Below, piece by piece: positions 48,230 to 60,056 of a DNA stretch of 64,000 nt (positions within the stretch are counted from its first letter, which is position 1; each line of letters begins with the position of its first letter). Source of the DNA: Callorhinchus milii (lineage: Eukaryota); contig NW_024704745.1 in assembly GCF_018977255.1 (NCBI RefSeq), forward strand, positions 9,672,001-9,736,000, read 5' to 3'. Under the pieces are notes generated by a model, which saw nothing but the letters and a program-made list of their open reading frames with translations, had not been told where the DNA came from and did no database searches. A program made the translations under genes and the position numbers.

Positions 48230-48745
48230 CTCATTATATATTTATGTACAATTAGATATATACAGTACATATGCAGTATATGCATATAGTGTATTTATAT
48301 ATAATTAATTATATTATTATACATAGTTTACATGATATAAGGTATATATTACAGCATATATACAGTATGTATATAGTATACAAATACACACACATATGTA
48401 AATATACAATATATACACAGTAATATATAGTATATACATACACATATATGTAAATACGTATGTACAGTACATCTACAGTATCTACACACACATACACAGT
48501 ATACACACATGCACATATGTAAATATATATATGGTATTATATATACAGTACATAAATAAACACACACATATTTACAGTATACACATACATAAGTATAATA
48601 TATACAGTATTCTAGACAGTATGTAAATACATATATACATACAGTATACACATACGCACATACGTAAATATAAAATATATACAGTATTATATATACAGTG
48701 TATAAATGCACATGTGTACACAGTATATATATATATATATATAAG
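48230..48745. repeat. Degenerate (TA/CA)n low-complexity tract with recurring TATACAGTA units
   Basis: Directly visible alternating purine-pyrimidine run of ~500 bp. Confidence 0.85.
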
Positions 48746-48759
48746 TTGCAGTTAAGCTG

Positions 48760-49147
48760 CTGAATGCTCGGGCTCCTTACCTCTCTCTGCAGGTCCTGGT
48801 GGTTTAACAGGTGAGGTTCTGTGTGGGTTGAGGTGGATGGTGACTGACTGACGGACTGACTGACCGGGGACCCACAGTGTGTGTGGCTGCTGCAGGAGGA
48901 AGGCGAGAGGCGGGTCCGCGCCCAGAGGCCGCCCGGGGGGGGGGGGGGGGGGGGGAGAGAAATAAACACCTCCGAGAGAGAGAGAGAGGGCCAGACAGAG
49001 AGACACAGACACCCACAGACACTGACGAGAGCGGCTGTAACGGTCACATCGCCGGGCCCAGGGCGGGCAACTCCGGCCTCCGACCGACCAGCAGCCGCCC
49101 CTCCCGCTATCAACACCGGCCAACGGCTTCCCCCCCTCTCCCCCCCT

Positions 49148-49186
<39 letters not shown>

Positions 49187-49446
49187 ACCCCCTTTTTTTC
49201 TTTTCTAACGTCCAAAAGGGATTCGCTGGAAACCGCCGCCGTTGCAGTCGTTGCGATGGCTCTCAGCGCTGTTGATGGTCCCCCCTCCCTCCTCCTTCCT
49301 CTTCTTCTTCTCCTTCTTCTTCCTCCTCCTCCTCTTCTCTCCAGGAAGGAAGAGGTTCTGTCGTCACACACCGGAAGCGAGAGGGGGGGGAGGAGGCGGG
49401 GCCAACACACCCTTAAAGGGACAGTCCCGAGCAACGAGCGCTGACT

Positions 49447-49447
<1 letters not shown>
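48760..49447. promoter_or_regulatory. CpG island: SENP7 promoter/non-coding first exon (possibly bidirectional)
   Basis: GC/CpG-rich; ETS site CCGGAAG ~49371; GC box GGCGGGG ~49395; minus-strand donor AG|gtaagg at ~48780; (CT)n, (CTT/CCT)n and G runs. Confidence 0.75.
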
Positions 49448-49480
<33 letters not shown>

Positions 49481-49788
49481 TCCGCGCATTTGATACAGCG
49501 CTTTTCACGTCTTCTCGACGTCTCAAAGCGCTTCACGGAACACACTGTAAAGCGAACTGACTGTATGTTTGGGGGCGAACGCGGCGGCCAATCGCGCACA
49601 GCGATGTCCCACTGACAGTCGTGGGGTTGGAAATGACCCCATTTATTATTGTTTTGTTCTTTTGGAGGGATTGCGATTAGGCTCTGTGTGGAGTAAGGAA
49701 ACTTGCCCAAGGTTTCGCCCTGACCGGGAAGTGAACCCGGGTGTCTCGCTTGCAAAGCGAGTGCTCTAACCACTGAGCTACAGGACTC
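49448..49788 (-). mobile_element. Full-length DeuSINE, GC/CpG-enriched copy
   Basis: Same family with many A/T to G/C differences; a further tail fragment follows at 49795-49920. Confidence 0.9.
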
Positions 49789-50833
49789 CTAATAAGCATC
49801 ATCATCATCATCTTCATCATCAACATCCTCGCGTTTGATATAGCACCTCGCCACGTCCTTGGGGCTGAGACGTCACAAAGAGCTTCACAGAATACACCGT
49901 ACAGTGGATTTCATTTCGCCCACAAAGTACACAGCCCAATTCTCTTTGGTGACATGGGGGGGGGGGGGGGGGGGTGTCAATCACACCAAGTTCTACCTCC
50001 CTGTCTCTATCTGTAACCCTGCTGTCCTGATGGACTGCCCTCGAGCCATCATGTCCGGAGTAAGCCTTCCATTCCTTCAAAGGGAGTTTCTTGGATGCCA
50101 ATCCCAGTGTCCTGGACGCCAATCGCCCAGAAAGAAAAAAAACACTCATTCACTTCATGGCTTTTTGTGGGATATTGCTGTCCACTAATTGGCTATCGTT
50201 TTTGCTTACCGATACCAGCAGCATTTCCACTTTGTTTCAAATTCTCTGTCCCACCGTTGGCTTATAAGCATTTAGCCACTCTTCTGATGCTCTCTGGAAC
50301 TCTTCCTGAATTCCTCCACCTCACTCAGAACTCTCTCCCTCCCTGCTTTCAACACTAAAGCTATAAACAATGTTACCTGATTAAGGGGAGAAATCACACT
50401 TCTCACAAATTTATGAAATAGGATATAAAGAGAGGACTTATCAAATTGAATGTGTATATGTTACAAATAGTGAAACACAGCTGGTAAATGTTATTATAAT
50501 ATAATTCCACACCTTTGCATTTCTTTTAAAGAACTAATATATGTATCATGACACTGAGTACCATGCGTGTGCCCTTTTGAAAAAGATTAAAAAGGTGAAT
50601 TATCCCTTAAAATTGACTTTACCTTTAGAGTAATCACTGATCACCTCAACCCACTGCAGCCTCATTGAGAACTGGGGCCATCGAGCCTCGACTCGTGCCA
50701 ACCCCATTTGCCTAATATTTTGCTGAATTAATAATAATAAGCCAGTCAGTAACCTAGGTGTCTTGTTCGATCCTCGACTGTCTTTTCTTCCCCCACATTC
50801 ATGCCATGACTCTGCCTTCCCTCACCTGCGTAA

Positions 50834-50858
50834 NNNNNNNNNNNNNNNNNNNNNNNNN
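50834..50858. other. Assembly gap (25 N), preceded by an L2 fragment at ~50750-50833
   Basis: N run. Confidence 1.
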
Positions 50859-51081
50859 TACAATTAACCTACTTTTAACAAATCACAAAGGTTAACAGGA
50901 CAAATAAAGGGGGTGGTGGGCATTTAATATATTCTTGAAAGAGAGAGAAAGAATAGGTGCACATTGAAGTGCTCTGTGTATATAATTTTGATTATTTCAG
51001 TCTTAATATAGAATCTTAAAAATCTCTTCAATTTATTACTTGAACAGTCCTTAGTTCATTTTCAGAACAATCTAAGTGAAA

Positions 51082-52166
51082 ATGGTCGAACCAAAAGTTC
51101 CTGGAAAGCTAAACCCTTTGGAACGATTGAAGAAATTTAACTATAGTTTCAATGAAGAAGGACAGCTGAGGCACAGAGAAACTAACAAACCTTTGTTTTC
51201 AAACAACATATTATTGGAAACAAATTGAGCCACCAGTGGTACAATGATTTGGGGGCAATCCTTGCTGAATATATATATGAACTCCTGGAGGAAGAATGTC
51301 AACTAAAACGAGTCTGTGTTCCTGTAGATGCTTCAATGGATGAGCCTAAGAGTTTCTGTTATATGAGTGAAGGAGCTTTGACAAACCCTTCTAACTTAAT
51401 TGTTTTGCTTCAAGATCGTGGAGTAATTCGGGCTGGTGAGTGGTCCCAGCAATTGATTCTGCATGATTGTTTGAACAGTGGCTCTCAAATTCCTTTTATC
51501 AAGAAAGCACAACATGAGCATTTTGATGTAATTGTATTAAATCCTAATGATAATTTTTTAGTTATTAAGGGAAAAAATGATAGTGACCCAAGAGAGAAAA
51601 AGGATGATGTCTGTGATTCTGATCAAACCGAATGCAAAGTGCAGCTTGAAAAAGTGATTCAACAAATGCCAAAAAGAGGTGTTGAAAGTGCTGAACAGCA
51701 CACTATCTACACCTGGGACCACTTTATTTCTAAGTCTGCAGCTAAGAATGTAGCTTTTATAGCCCACGGTTACGGTGGATTAGCATTTGTTAACCTATTG
51801 AATGAGCGCAGTCAAGAAGTAATGAGGAAAGTGCATGCTGTGGCTTTTATAAACTCTGTGCATGATGTGTGGCACCAAAATGTTCCAAAATCTAGTCAAG
51901 AATGGATTAGAAAAACTTGTTGCAACTGGGTGTTGAGCTCCATGCCTCTCGACAAGCCTGTTACCTCAATGAGGATGAACTGCCCACAAGTTTCTGCAGG
52001 CACAGAACACCATGATTCAGCCCCTTCCATCTGTTTTCACTCAATTTTCAAGTACATAAAGAAAGCTTTAAAAGGGAAAAAAACTGAACAATTCACCCAT
52101 GTGCCAATTGTCACAAGGAGTTCAAGTAAACTGTTGAACACAAGAAAACTAAGGTCAATGAGCTGA
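51082..52166 (+). CDS. FAM172B: FAM172B/ARB2B (Arb2 domain), intronless, with one apparent 1-nt frameshift at ~51192
   Basis: The ATG-51082 frame gives FNYSFNEEGQLRHRETNKP. The -1 frame continues FVFKQ...YIYELLE...EPKSF...QDRGVIRAGEWSQQLI...GSQIPFI...VIVLNPNDN...AHGYGG...SAGTEHH...PIVTRSS*. QD.G, HGYGG and PIVTRSS are B-type features; the position is syntenic. Repaired length 361 aa. Confidence 0.85.
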
Positions 52167-52819
52167 ATTCCTTGAGAATGGAAAATGAGATTTCAGTGGA
52201 GGAACATTAAACATTGGTGAAACTGGAACATTCAGTTAACTGTGGACCCAAGACTGAGTTTATATTGAGATCTGATCCTCTTTGTTGTGTTGCCCAAGAA
52301 GTAATAACAATAAACCTTGTATTTGGCTATTTGGTGTAGAACCTTATCACGTCTGAAGAAGTATTTGTTTTTCAGCCCTTGTGCATCTCCTGAACACTCC
52401 AATCAGGCATATTGGTGGGTGACTTTCTCTATGGCTAGAAATTGGAGTAGCTTATGATTCTGACCCCAAAGAGTAGGAATAGAAGGGTATTAAGTTATTT
52501 AATATGATTAAAGGTCTAATTTCCCAGATCGTTCTTGCAGAAGCACATGTGGAATTCTGTCTGGTTTTGATGCTCTTAAGCATATAGGGATCAGCTTCTG
52601 CAAGTGTCAGCTGGTTAACCAAAAGAAGCACGATTGAGATCTCTGCTGTGCCCTGTCCCAGAAAATGTAATGATTTCCCAAGGTCCTTCCTCTTAGAATT
52701 TGTTTGGGGGGAAATAGAACTTGTGTTCTTAAACTGTATTCAAAGTGCTATTGCTGGCTGTATTCCTAGCTGGGTTTGAGGCAGAATATTCCATTTTTTT
52801 GGAAGTTTTTTTTAGGGTG

Positions 52820-53150
52820 TCACTCTGGTTCAGTTAGTAACACTCAGTTCTGAGTCAAAAGGTTGTGGGTTCAAGCCCCACGTCGGCACTTTTGAGAGTT
52901 AACATGCTGGTAATCCAGTAAAATGCTGGGGGAGCACTGTATTATCATTCTATTCAGGTGAAAGTTTAAAAATCCCACGGCACTATTGAAAAAGAAGTGA
53001 TTACCTCCTGCTGTCCTCACCAACAAACCTTCAAATATGTCATTCACTTCACAGATGTAGTGGGACTTTGTTTGCAAATTAGCTGCCATGTTCATCTGCA
53101 AAATAAGTAAATCTTGTGAAATGTTTTGAATGATGTGAAGTCAAATGCTA
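52820..53150 (+). mobile_element. SacSINE1-like DeuSINE
   Basis: ctgagtcaaaaggttgtgggttcaagcccca head and degenerate core. Confidence 0.65.
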
Positions 53151-54294
53151 AGATTGTTAAGTATTTTATTTCTTAAAACAGAGGGAAAAATACATTTTTG
53201 TTATTCGTATAAATTGATGGAAGAGAGTCCTGGAGGCAATCTGGTTTATTGATTAACAGAACTGTAGAATGCAAATAATGGGATTTAAAAAAACAACTAT
53301 TACATTCTCTATTTCACATGTGAACCCCATCGCTGTGTCAGGATTAGATGAGTAAAATACTTCCAGCAACCAATCCTTTGTTTATTAAACATTGACTCCA
53401 TCGCAACAGTGAGCATAAACAAAATACTGCTTTGAAATAAACCATAGTATCTTCAAGATTATTCTTTATGAGATCATCCTCTTTTCGAGCTTCTGCACAA
53501 ATGTAGCTAGTGTGTAAAAAAAATGTTTTGGTTTGCTGTATTTAGTGAGTTATTCCTGCATAAATATTTTGTCTGTAGTCACAAACTAATTCCTAAATAT
53601 AATTTTGTTTGCAATTTGGAAGTCAGTTGGTGATCAGGTTAAAATTAAGAGTCTAGCAAAATGAGTAAAACTGGAAACCTTACTACACATTACTATTGTA
53701 TTTACTGCCTCTATGTGATTTGTTAAAAGTAAATACTGCAAGTGAGTTGTTTGTTTACAAATCCTTATTATTAAATGTTCATTTCAATAAGGGTTGTGTA
53801 ATATACTTATTTAATAAATGCACTCTGGAAATCATTTGAGATTAATTATGTACTTCAACTTTAAAGTTTACAGTTTAGCTGTACAATAACTAACCATATA
53901 GATAAAACTGGCTGATGGTGGGACAGTGCTGTGCCCAAATGAGTTGCTACATTCACCTACAATTTACAGTCACACCATAAATTCTGTAAAGCTCTTTGTG
54001 AGATGTTTCAACATCATAAGGCTCTAGATTATTATAAGATAAACCATTTCTTATGGACAAATGGTAAGTTTAATACCTATCTTTATCTAAAATAACTTGT
54101 GTAAATCTGGAATATCTTTCCCCATCACGGCAAAGCAGCATCCTACTACTGATTTACTCCTCAAATTGCCACACACTAAATTGTATGCACCTGATGTATA
54201 GACTTAACATGCTGTATTGCTGGAATAACAAGTCTTCAAAAATTTTGTTGGGAGAATTTCAGATGAACAGTTTGGTAGCTTTAATCTAAATTCT

Positions 54295-54820
54295 CATCGC
54301 CCAACTCCGCCACTATCTCACCCCTCAGGCCGCTGAAACTCTTTTTCATGCCTTCATCACTTCCAGGCTCGACTATGCAAACACCCTGTTTGTTGGCCTT
54401 CCCAACTCCTCCCTCCACAGGCTGCAGATAATCCAGAACTCTCCCGCACCAAACTACGTGACCCCACCTCCCCCATTCTCGCCCGACTCCACTGGCTCCC
54501 TATCCTTCAGAGGATCCAGTTCAAAATCTTAGTCCTGACATACAAACCCCTCCATGGCCTCACCCCACCCTACTTCTGCGATCTAGCCCCCTACCAACTT
54601 GCTCAACCTCTGGAATCCCAGTCACTCCGCATCGCCCCCTCCTTAGCTTCCTTCAGGTCCCGCCTCAAGATCCTCCTCTTTGACAACGCCATCGGCCACT
54701 CCCTCTCCCCTCCCTTACACCCCCCAACCCCAGCTCGGGTCTGAAATGCTGTACTCTGTCCAGTGTCTTGGGACGTCCTCCCGAATTGAAAGGTGCTATA
54801 GAAATGTAATCTTGTTGTTG
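54295..54820 (+). mobile_element. L2 3' fragment with tail
   Basis: Matches the 14090 copy, with an internal deletion. Confidence 0.88.
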
Positions 54821-55393
54821 TAATAATAATCCTTGGCATTTGATATAGGGCCTTATTAAGTCTTCGAGACAACAACAACCACAACAAAATTACATTTATA
54901 GAGCGCCTTTCACGTCGGGAGGACATCCCAAAGCGCTGAACAGTCAGGTGTCAGGGCCCGAGTATGGGGGAGGGATGGTGTAGGAGTGAGAGAACAGGAG
55001 AGATCACAGAAGAGAAGGAGACTGAGAAGAGTCCTGAGGAACACCGCACGAGACGGTGCAGGGGCTGGGTGCGGGAGACGTCTCAAAGCACTTCACGGAA
55101 TATGCTGTAAAGTGAATTGACTAGATTTTGCAGGTGAAACGCGGCAGCCAATTGGGCATAGCAGTGCCCCACAAACAGTCGTGGGTTGAAGTCAACAATT
55201 TTTTTTGAAAGGAATTATTACCCCTAGAAAAGTGATCCACCAATCGACTAACAACCGGGTTCCTACTTTTTTCTAGGTAAACAGAGGCGTGTGGAGTAAA
55301 GAAACTTGTCCAACATTTCGCCCTGCCGGGAATCAAATCCAGGTCTCTCACTTGCGAGGCGAGCGCTCTAACCACTGAGCTACAGGTCTCCGT
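54821..55393 (-). mobile_element. Long-subfamily DeuSINE interrupted by an L2 3' end (~54870-55075)
   Basis: SINE tail 54821-54869, then L2 tail, then the SINE body resumes at gagacgtctcaaagc. Confidence 0.8.
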
Positions 55394-55554
55394 GGTAAGC
55401 AGGGTGTGTACTTTCAGGGGGAAGTGCACATTCTATTCCAGACATGGAACTTTTCATGTGTAGGTGGCCTGCATAGGTGAAACTGGCTGGTTTGAATACT
55501 CCTAACTTTGGTGATGTGTTTTTCCACATGTTTACCAGCTGACAAAAAAAATCA

Positions 55555-55845
55555 GGATTTGGTACAGCACCTTTCATGTCAGGGGCAGTTGCAAAGGCTT
55601 CACAGCATTTATTTGTAAAGTGAAGTGACTGTGTTTGTGAAGTGACTGTGGGTGCATGTGGCAGCCAGTTTGTGCACAGGAATGTTCGGTAAACAGCCAT
55701 GGAGTGAATGACCAATTTTATTTGGGGGATTGTTGGCCAGAACACCAGGAAAACTCACTTCTCTTTTTTGAATAGTGTCATGGGATCTTTAAAGTCCACA
55801 TGAACGGGTAGATGGAATTTGGTTTAACATCTCATCTAAAGAACG
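55555..55845 (-). mobile_element. SacSINE1-like DeuSINE
   Basis: Reverse core plus catgggatctttaa...ggtttaacatctcatc. Confidence 0.72.
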
Positions 55846-56743
55846 GGTAAGGAGATTCGCTTACAAATAGGGTGTACCAGCGATTTGCTGTTTGCTTCAG
55901 TGCGAGAGCCAGCCAGTTTCATGCGTGCTAAAAAATGAGCAAGTTATCATCAGGTTGGAATCACTTTCTGAGTGCTGTGGTTGTGCAGAAAATATTGCTA
56001 ATGTCACTTCCTGGTACCTTGCACGTGGGTTATTTGACACAATGGGCCAAGTGGCCTTCTGTGCTGTACATTTCAAGGAAGCATTGCTGACATTACTTAA
56101 AGAGAATAACACCAAGGATATTTTCTGCACATCGTATGCATGTACAGTGAGCATAAAATGACACAGCAACTCAACGACTTGAAAGTTGCCCTTTTTTACT
56201 GTTGGAAGTCCTTACACCTTTCAACAACGCAAAATAAGTAATTTTAACAGCCATTTTGCTTGCTTCATTATAATGTGGGGATGTGACATTGGATCCAGTT
56301 GACTGAATTACAGTGTCAAGGTCTGTATTAAGTAGTGCATATGGTGATGAATTTAGAAAGGTTTGTATTTTGGTTGCTTTATTCTAAAATTTGATTTAAA
56401 TGTTCATTAATGCAATACATTTTACATAACTTATGGAAATAGTATGATAGGAAATGTGTATTTCAGATTTAGAGAGATTAAGTTAGATGTTGGGAATATG
56501 TAGGGTTAACAAAGAAGAGCTAAAAAATATTTTTAAAAATGTATTATTATAAAAACTATTGTATCCTAAATTTGGTGTGAAAGATTTTGAGTAAGATTGG
56601 AGAGGGGGCCTTTTTTATTTGGCAAGAATATTGTAATAATCTTTTAATGTTTTATTTAATTTTCAGGATTGAAGTTTCCCCCGAATTCTTGTGACATTAG
56701 AGGAGATCACTTAGGTTTGAAAATTTGCAATTTGAGAACAAAA

Positions 56744-58099
56744 ATGTGGCTTCATAGTGCAAAGATACTGCAAAGCTTTAACAGGTGTTACAGTTTGCGG
56801 ATAAAGACTGGAGTGAAGATCAAGATGGGTTTGTCAGTTTTCCGTTCACGACCACTCTGTAGGACACTGTTTTTCACACCATACTTGAAGAATGAAGAAA
56901 GAAATGTCAGTACTGATAAATTGGATTTAGATAGCTGGAAGACTGTCATGAGAGAAAATGTAGTAGAAGAGATTCAACCATCCACCTCAGAAAATCTTGA
57001 GGACTCTCCCCTAGCTGCCACAAGAGAACTTGTTGAAATGTGGCGGCTAGCAGGGAAGCAAGTGCCGGAGAATATGACCGAAGAACATCTGAAAAACTTC
57101 GAAGAACTACCTACAAAATCCTCAAAGAAAAAGTACCTGAAATTCCTATCGATCAAAGAAGGCATTAAAAAAAATGCAAAGATAAAGAAAGAAAAATTAA
57201 GGCAGGATCGAGCAGACCAGCTGGAAAAGGCAGGAGACAGTGAGGAAGAACAAGAAATGAAGAATTCTTTTTTCTTACAATTCTGGCAACGATCATTTAA
57301 CGTGCTCCATAACTGGAGAGCAGCTCAATCTATGATACATGGCCAGCCACTAGTGTTTGATATGAGCTATGACAAACAGATGGGCAATCGAGAATTGGTG
57401 AACACTGTGTCTCAATTGATAGAGTGTGAGGGGTGGAACAGAAGATCTTTAGAACCATTTCACTTGCACTTCTGTAACATAAGTCCAGGAGGATCGTATC
57501 ATAAGGAGTTACTAAAGCGTTATGGAGCTACCTGGGATAAACTCTTAATAACTGTAACTGAAAAGTCATACATCGATATTTTCCCTCGAAACAAGCTTGT
57601 GTATTTGACTGCGGATTCCCCACGTGTAATGAAAACTTTTGACCATGATAAAATTTATATTATTGGATCAATTGTTGACAGGTCAATTCAGACTGGATTG
57701 TCACTTGCAAATGCAAAGCGTTTGAATTTGGCAACTGAACGACTTCCATTGGATGAGTATTTGAAGTGGGAAATTGGTGCGAAAAATCTCACCTTGAATC
57801 AAATGATCAACATTATGTTGTCCATGAAGGACACTGGTAGATGGGAAGAGGCTTTAAAGTTTGTCCCAAAGAGGAAACACGAAGGATTTGTACAGAATAG
57901 AAAAGAAAAGATACTGTATAATGACAAAAAGAAAAGATGTACTCCATTGTTTAGTAGAACCGAAAACTACAGCAACAAGAATACAATGGACTATGATCGA
58001 GAAATGCGTCACACTCAGTATAAATCAACTTTGAATCCAAATCAAGCAACAAAAAAACGTTTACATAGTCGTAAACAAAAAAGCATATGGGAGGACTAA
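56744..58099 (+). CDS. TRMT10C: TRMT10C / MRPP1 mitochondrial tRNA m1R9 methyltransferase (451 aa, single coding exon)
   Basis: LDLDSWK, ELVEMWRLAG, GQPLVFDMSY, GWNRR..PFHL.FCN, YLTADSP, IYIIGSIVD, SLANAKRL, RLPLD, KNLTL, ALKFVPKRK (SPOUT Trm10). Basic N-terminal presequence; acceptor ttttcag ending at 56666. Confidence 0.97.
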   Translation: MWLHSAKILQSFNRCYSLRIKTGVKIKMGLSVFRSRPLCRTLFFTPYLKNEERNVSTDKLDLDSWKTVMRENVVEEIQPSTSENLEDSPLAATRELVEMWRLAGKQVPENMTEEHLKNFEELPTKSSKKKYLKFLSIKEGIKKNAKIKKEKLRQDRADQLEKAGDSEEEQEMKNSFFLQFWQRSFNVLHNWRAAQSMIHGQPLVFDMSYDKQMGNRELVNTVSQLIECEGWNRRSLEPFHLHFCNISPGGSYHKELLKRYGATWDKLLITVTEKSYIDIFPRNKLVYLTADSPRVMKTFDHDKIYIIGSIVDRSIQTGLSLANAKRLNLATERLPLDEYLKWEIGAKNLTLNQMINIMLSMKDTGRWEEALKFVPKRKHEGFVQNRKEKILYNDKKKRCTPLFSRTENYSNKNTMDYDREMRHTQYKSTLNPNQATKKRLHSRKQKSIWED

Positions 58100-58294
58100 A
58101 TGTTCTTAAAAGTGTTGTTCAGTATGTTAGCTATAAGAAATGTCAAAATCAAAAGACTGATGTATCCAGATGCATTGGGATATCATGCATAAAATCCATA
58201 ATTGTACTGCTTCCCCCATTGAAATAACTAAACCATATTGTAAGAAAACTTGTATTTTTGAATTTTTTTAATAGTTATTGACATTATAAGTAAG

Positions 58295-58650
58295 AACTTG
58301 CATTTTTATGATGCTTCTATCACATCAAAAATGTCAAAAACACTTCAAAGCTAATTACTTACTCTCAGTACGGCAGCCATTTGAGCCATCAAAGGCTCAC
58401 AAACAGCCATGAGATAAATGACCGATTAATCCGTAGTTGGTCTTCAATAATGTTAAGGAATATTTACCGTCTACTTGAACAGGTAAATAGAACCTTGGTT
58501 TAATATCTCATCTGAAAAATTACACCTCCAGCAATGTAACATCCACCTAATACTGTGCTGGAGTGTCAGCCTTGAGAATGAGTTCAAATTTCAATGTGGG
58601 GTTTGATCACATTTGACCCAGAGACAAGCTCTACCAACTGAATCAAATGA
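58295..58650 (-). mobile_element. Old SacSINE1-like DeuSINE in the TRMT10C 3' region
   Basis: Degenerate reverse head and core. Confidence 0.6.
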
Positions 58651-59404
58651 TACAACGTTGAATTGTGAAGAATGGCTCTTAAAGAGGTAGCCTTCATTGA
58701 CAACGCAGAACACAAAAGGCACCTCTGAAATTGGGTTCTTGTCAATCTTAGTCTTTTAAAGTAAGTTGGAAATCACCCCACTTGCTATTTACTTCTGGTG
58801 GTGTAGGTTATTTGTGTACCGACATGTTCCATAATAGTATACTGTAGCAGTATGCAGATGTGCTCACATGATTTTCGCACAGTGAGCTCCCAATCTCATC
58901 TAAACTGTTAATAAAATAGTGGAGTTCTACTTAAAAAATGCATGATGTGGCACTGACACATATACATTTGAAAAGTTACAGACTTGATACCCATTCAATG
59001 CTAAATTAGTCGATCTCATGTGCGATAGCAAAGTGGGAGTCACTACAAATGTCCAGTGTTCCTGGGCTAGGGAAAGAAACATTCAAAATGGCTTCCCGTT
59101 CATCAATGCCTTCAAATGATAGGATCAGGCATAGATGGTCATTTGCCCCATTGGCATTCATTGTCCAGAATCATATATGGGTTTATTTTGGTCAGCAAGG
59201 TGTCTTGAGACATGTGTAGAACCATCACCACGCTTAAGAGTATCCAAACCGAAATGAACTGGATTATCGACTTGGGTGAGATACTGGAGAGGCCCCAGAA
59301 CCTATAGAACTGTAACTGAACATAGGTGGACATAAGTGGCCATGCTTTCTGGCACTATAATAATAATAATAATCCTTGCATTTGGTTCTGGCAGGGAGGA
59401 GGGA

Positions 59405-59760
59405 GAACAACAACAAATTACACTTGTATAGGGCCTTTCACATCAGGAGGACGTCCCAAGGCAATGGACAGTCAGGGATCCGCACCCGAGCTTGTGGTTG
59501 GAATCAGGAAGGGTGGAGGGCAGAGATGGTTAGGTGAGGAGGGTGACCGAAGGCACCGTCAAAGAGGAGGGTCTTGAGATGGGTCTCAATGGAGGCAAGG
59601 GAGGAGGGCGAGGCTGAGGGACTGTGGGACGGAGTTCCAGAGGGTGGGGGCAGAGAGGGTGAAGGCCCGCCTGCCAATGCTGGGGCAGGCGAGGCGGGGG
59701 ATGCGAAACAGGCCGAAGCTCACTGAGCGGAGGGAGCAGCCAGGTTGGTGGGGGGGGGGG
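59405..59760 (-). mobile_element. L2 3' fragment
   Basis: GRRAFTLSAPTLWNSVP and tail. Confidence 0.82.
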
Positions 59761-60056
59761 AATAGGGAAGAGAGTGGTACTCCATTCCCGATACAGGCCA
59801 ACGCCCATAACCTGGCGGAGCGAGGGAGTTTGGCAACGAATGGTTCGGTTACCCGGAGACGGGTTTTCGTACCTGTGTGACCAACGAATAGCTTGCGTTA
59901 CACGTTCCGCCCGCAAAATAACCCCCCCCCACCCGCCCCCCCGGTCAACTCCCTTTACAGTATACGCTGTGTGAAGCGCTTTGCGACGTCTCGAAGAAGA
60001 CGTGATGAGGCGTCAAATCAAGTGCAAGGATTATGATGATGACGACGATGATATGA

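Noticed and set aside
48349-49773. 474-aa ORF
   Set aside because: Made of SINE, CpG-island simple repeats and (TA/CA)n; non-ATG start; low-complexity translation.
56669-56743. TTG-initiated N-terminal extension of TRMT10C
   Set aside because: Starts 2 nt after the splice acceptor; the ATG at 56744 has A at -3 and begins a presequence-like segment.
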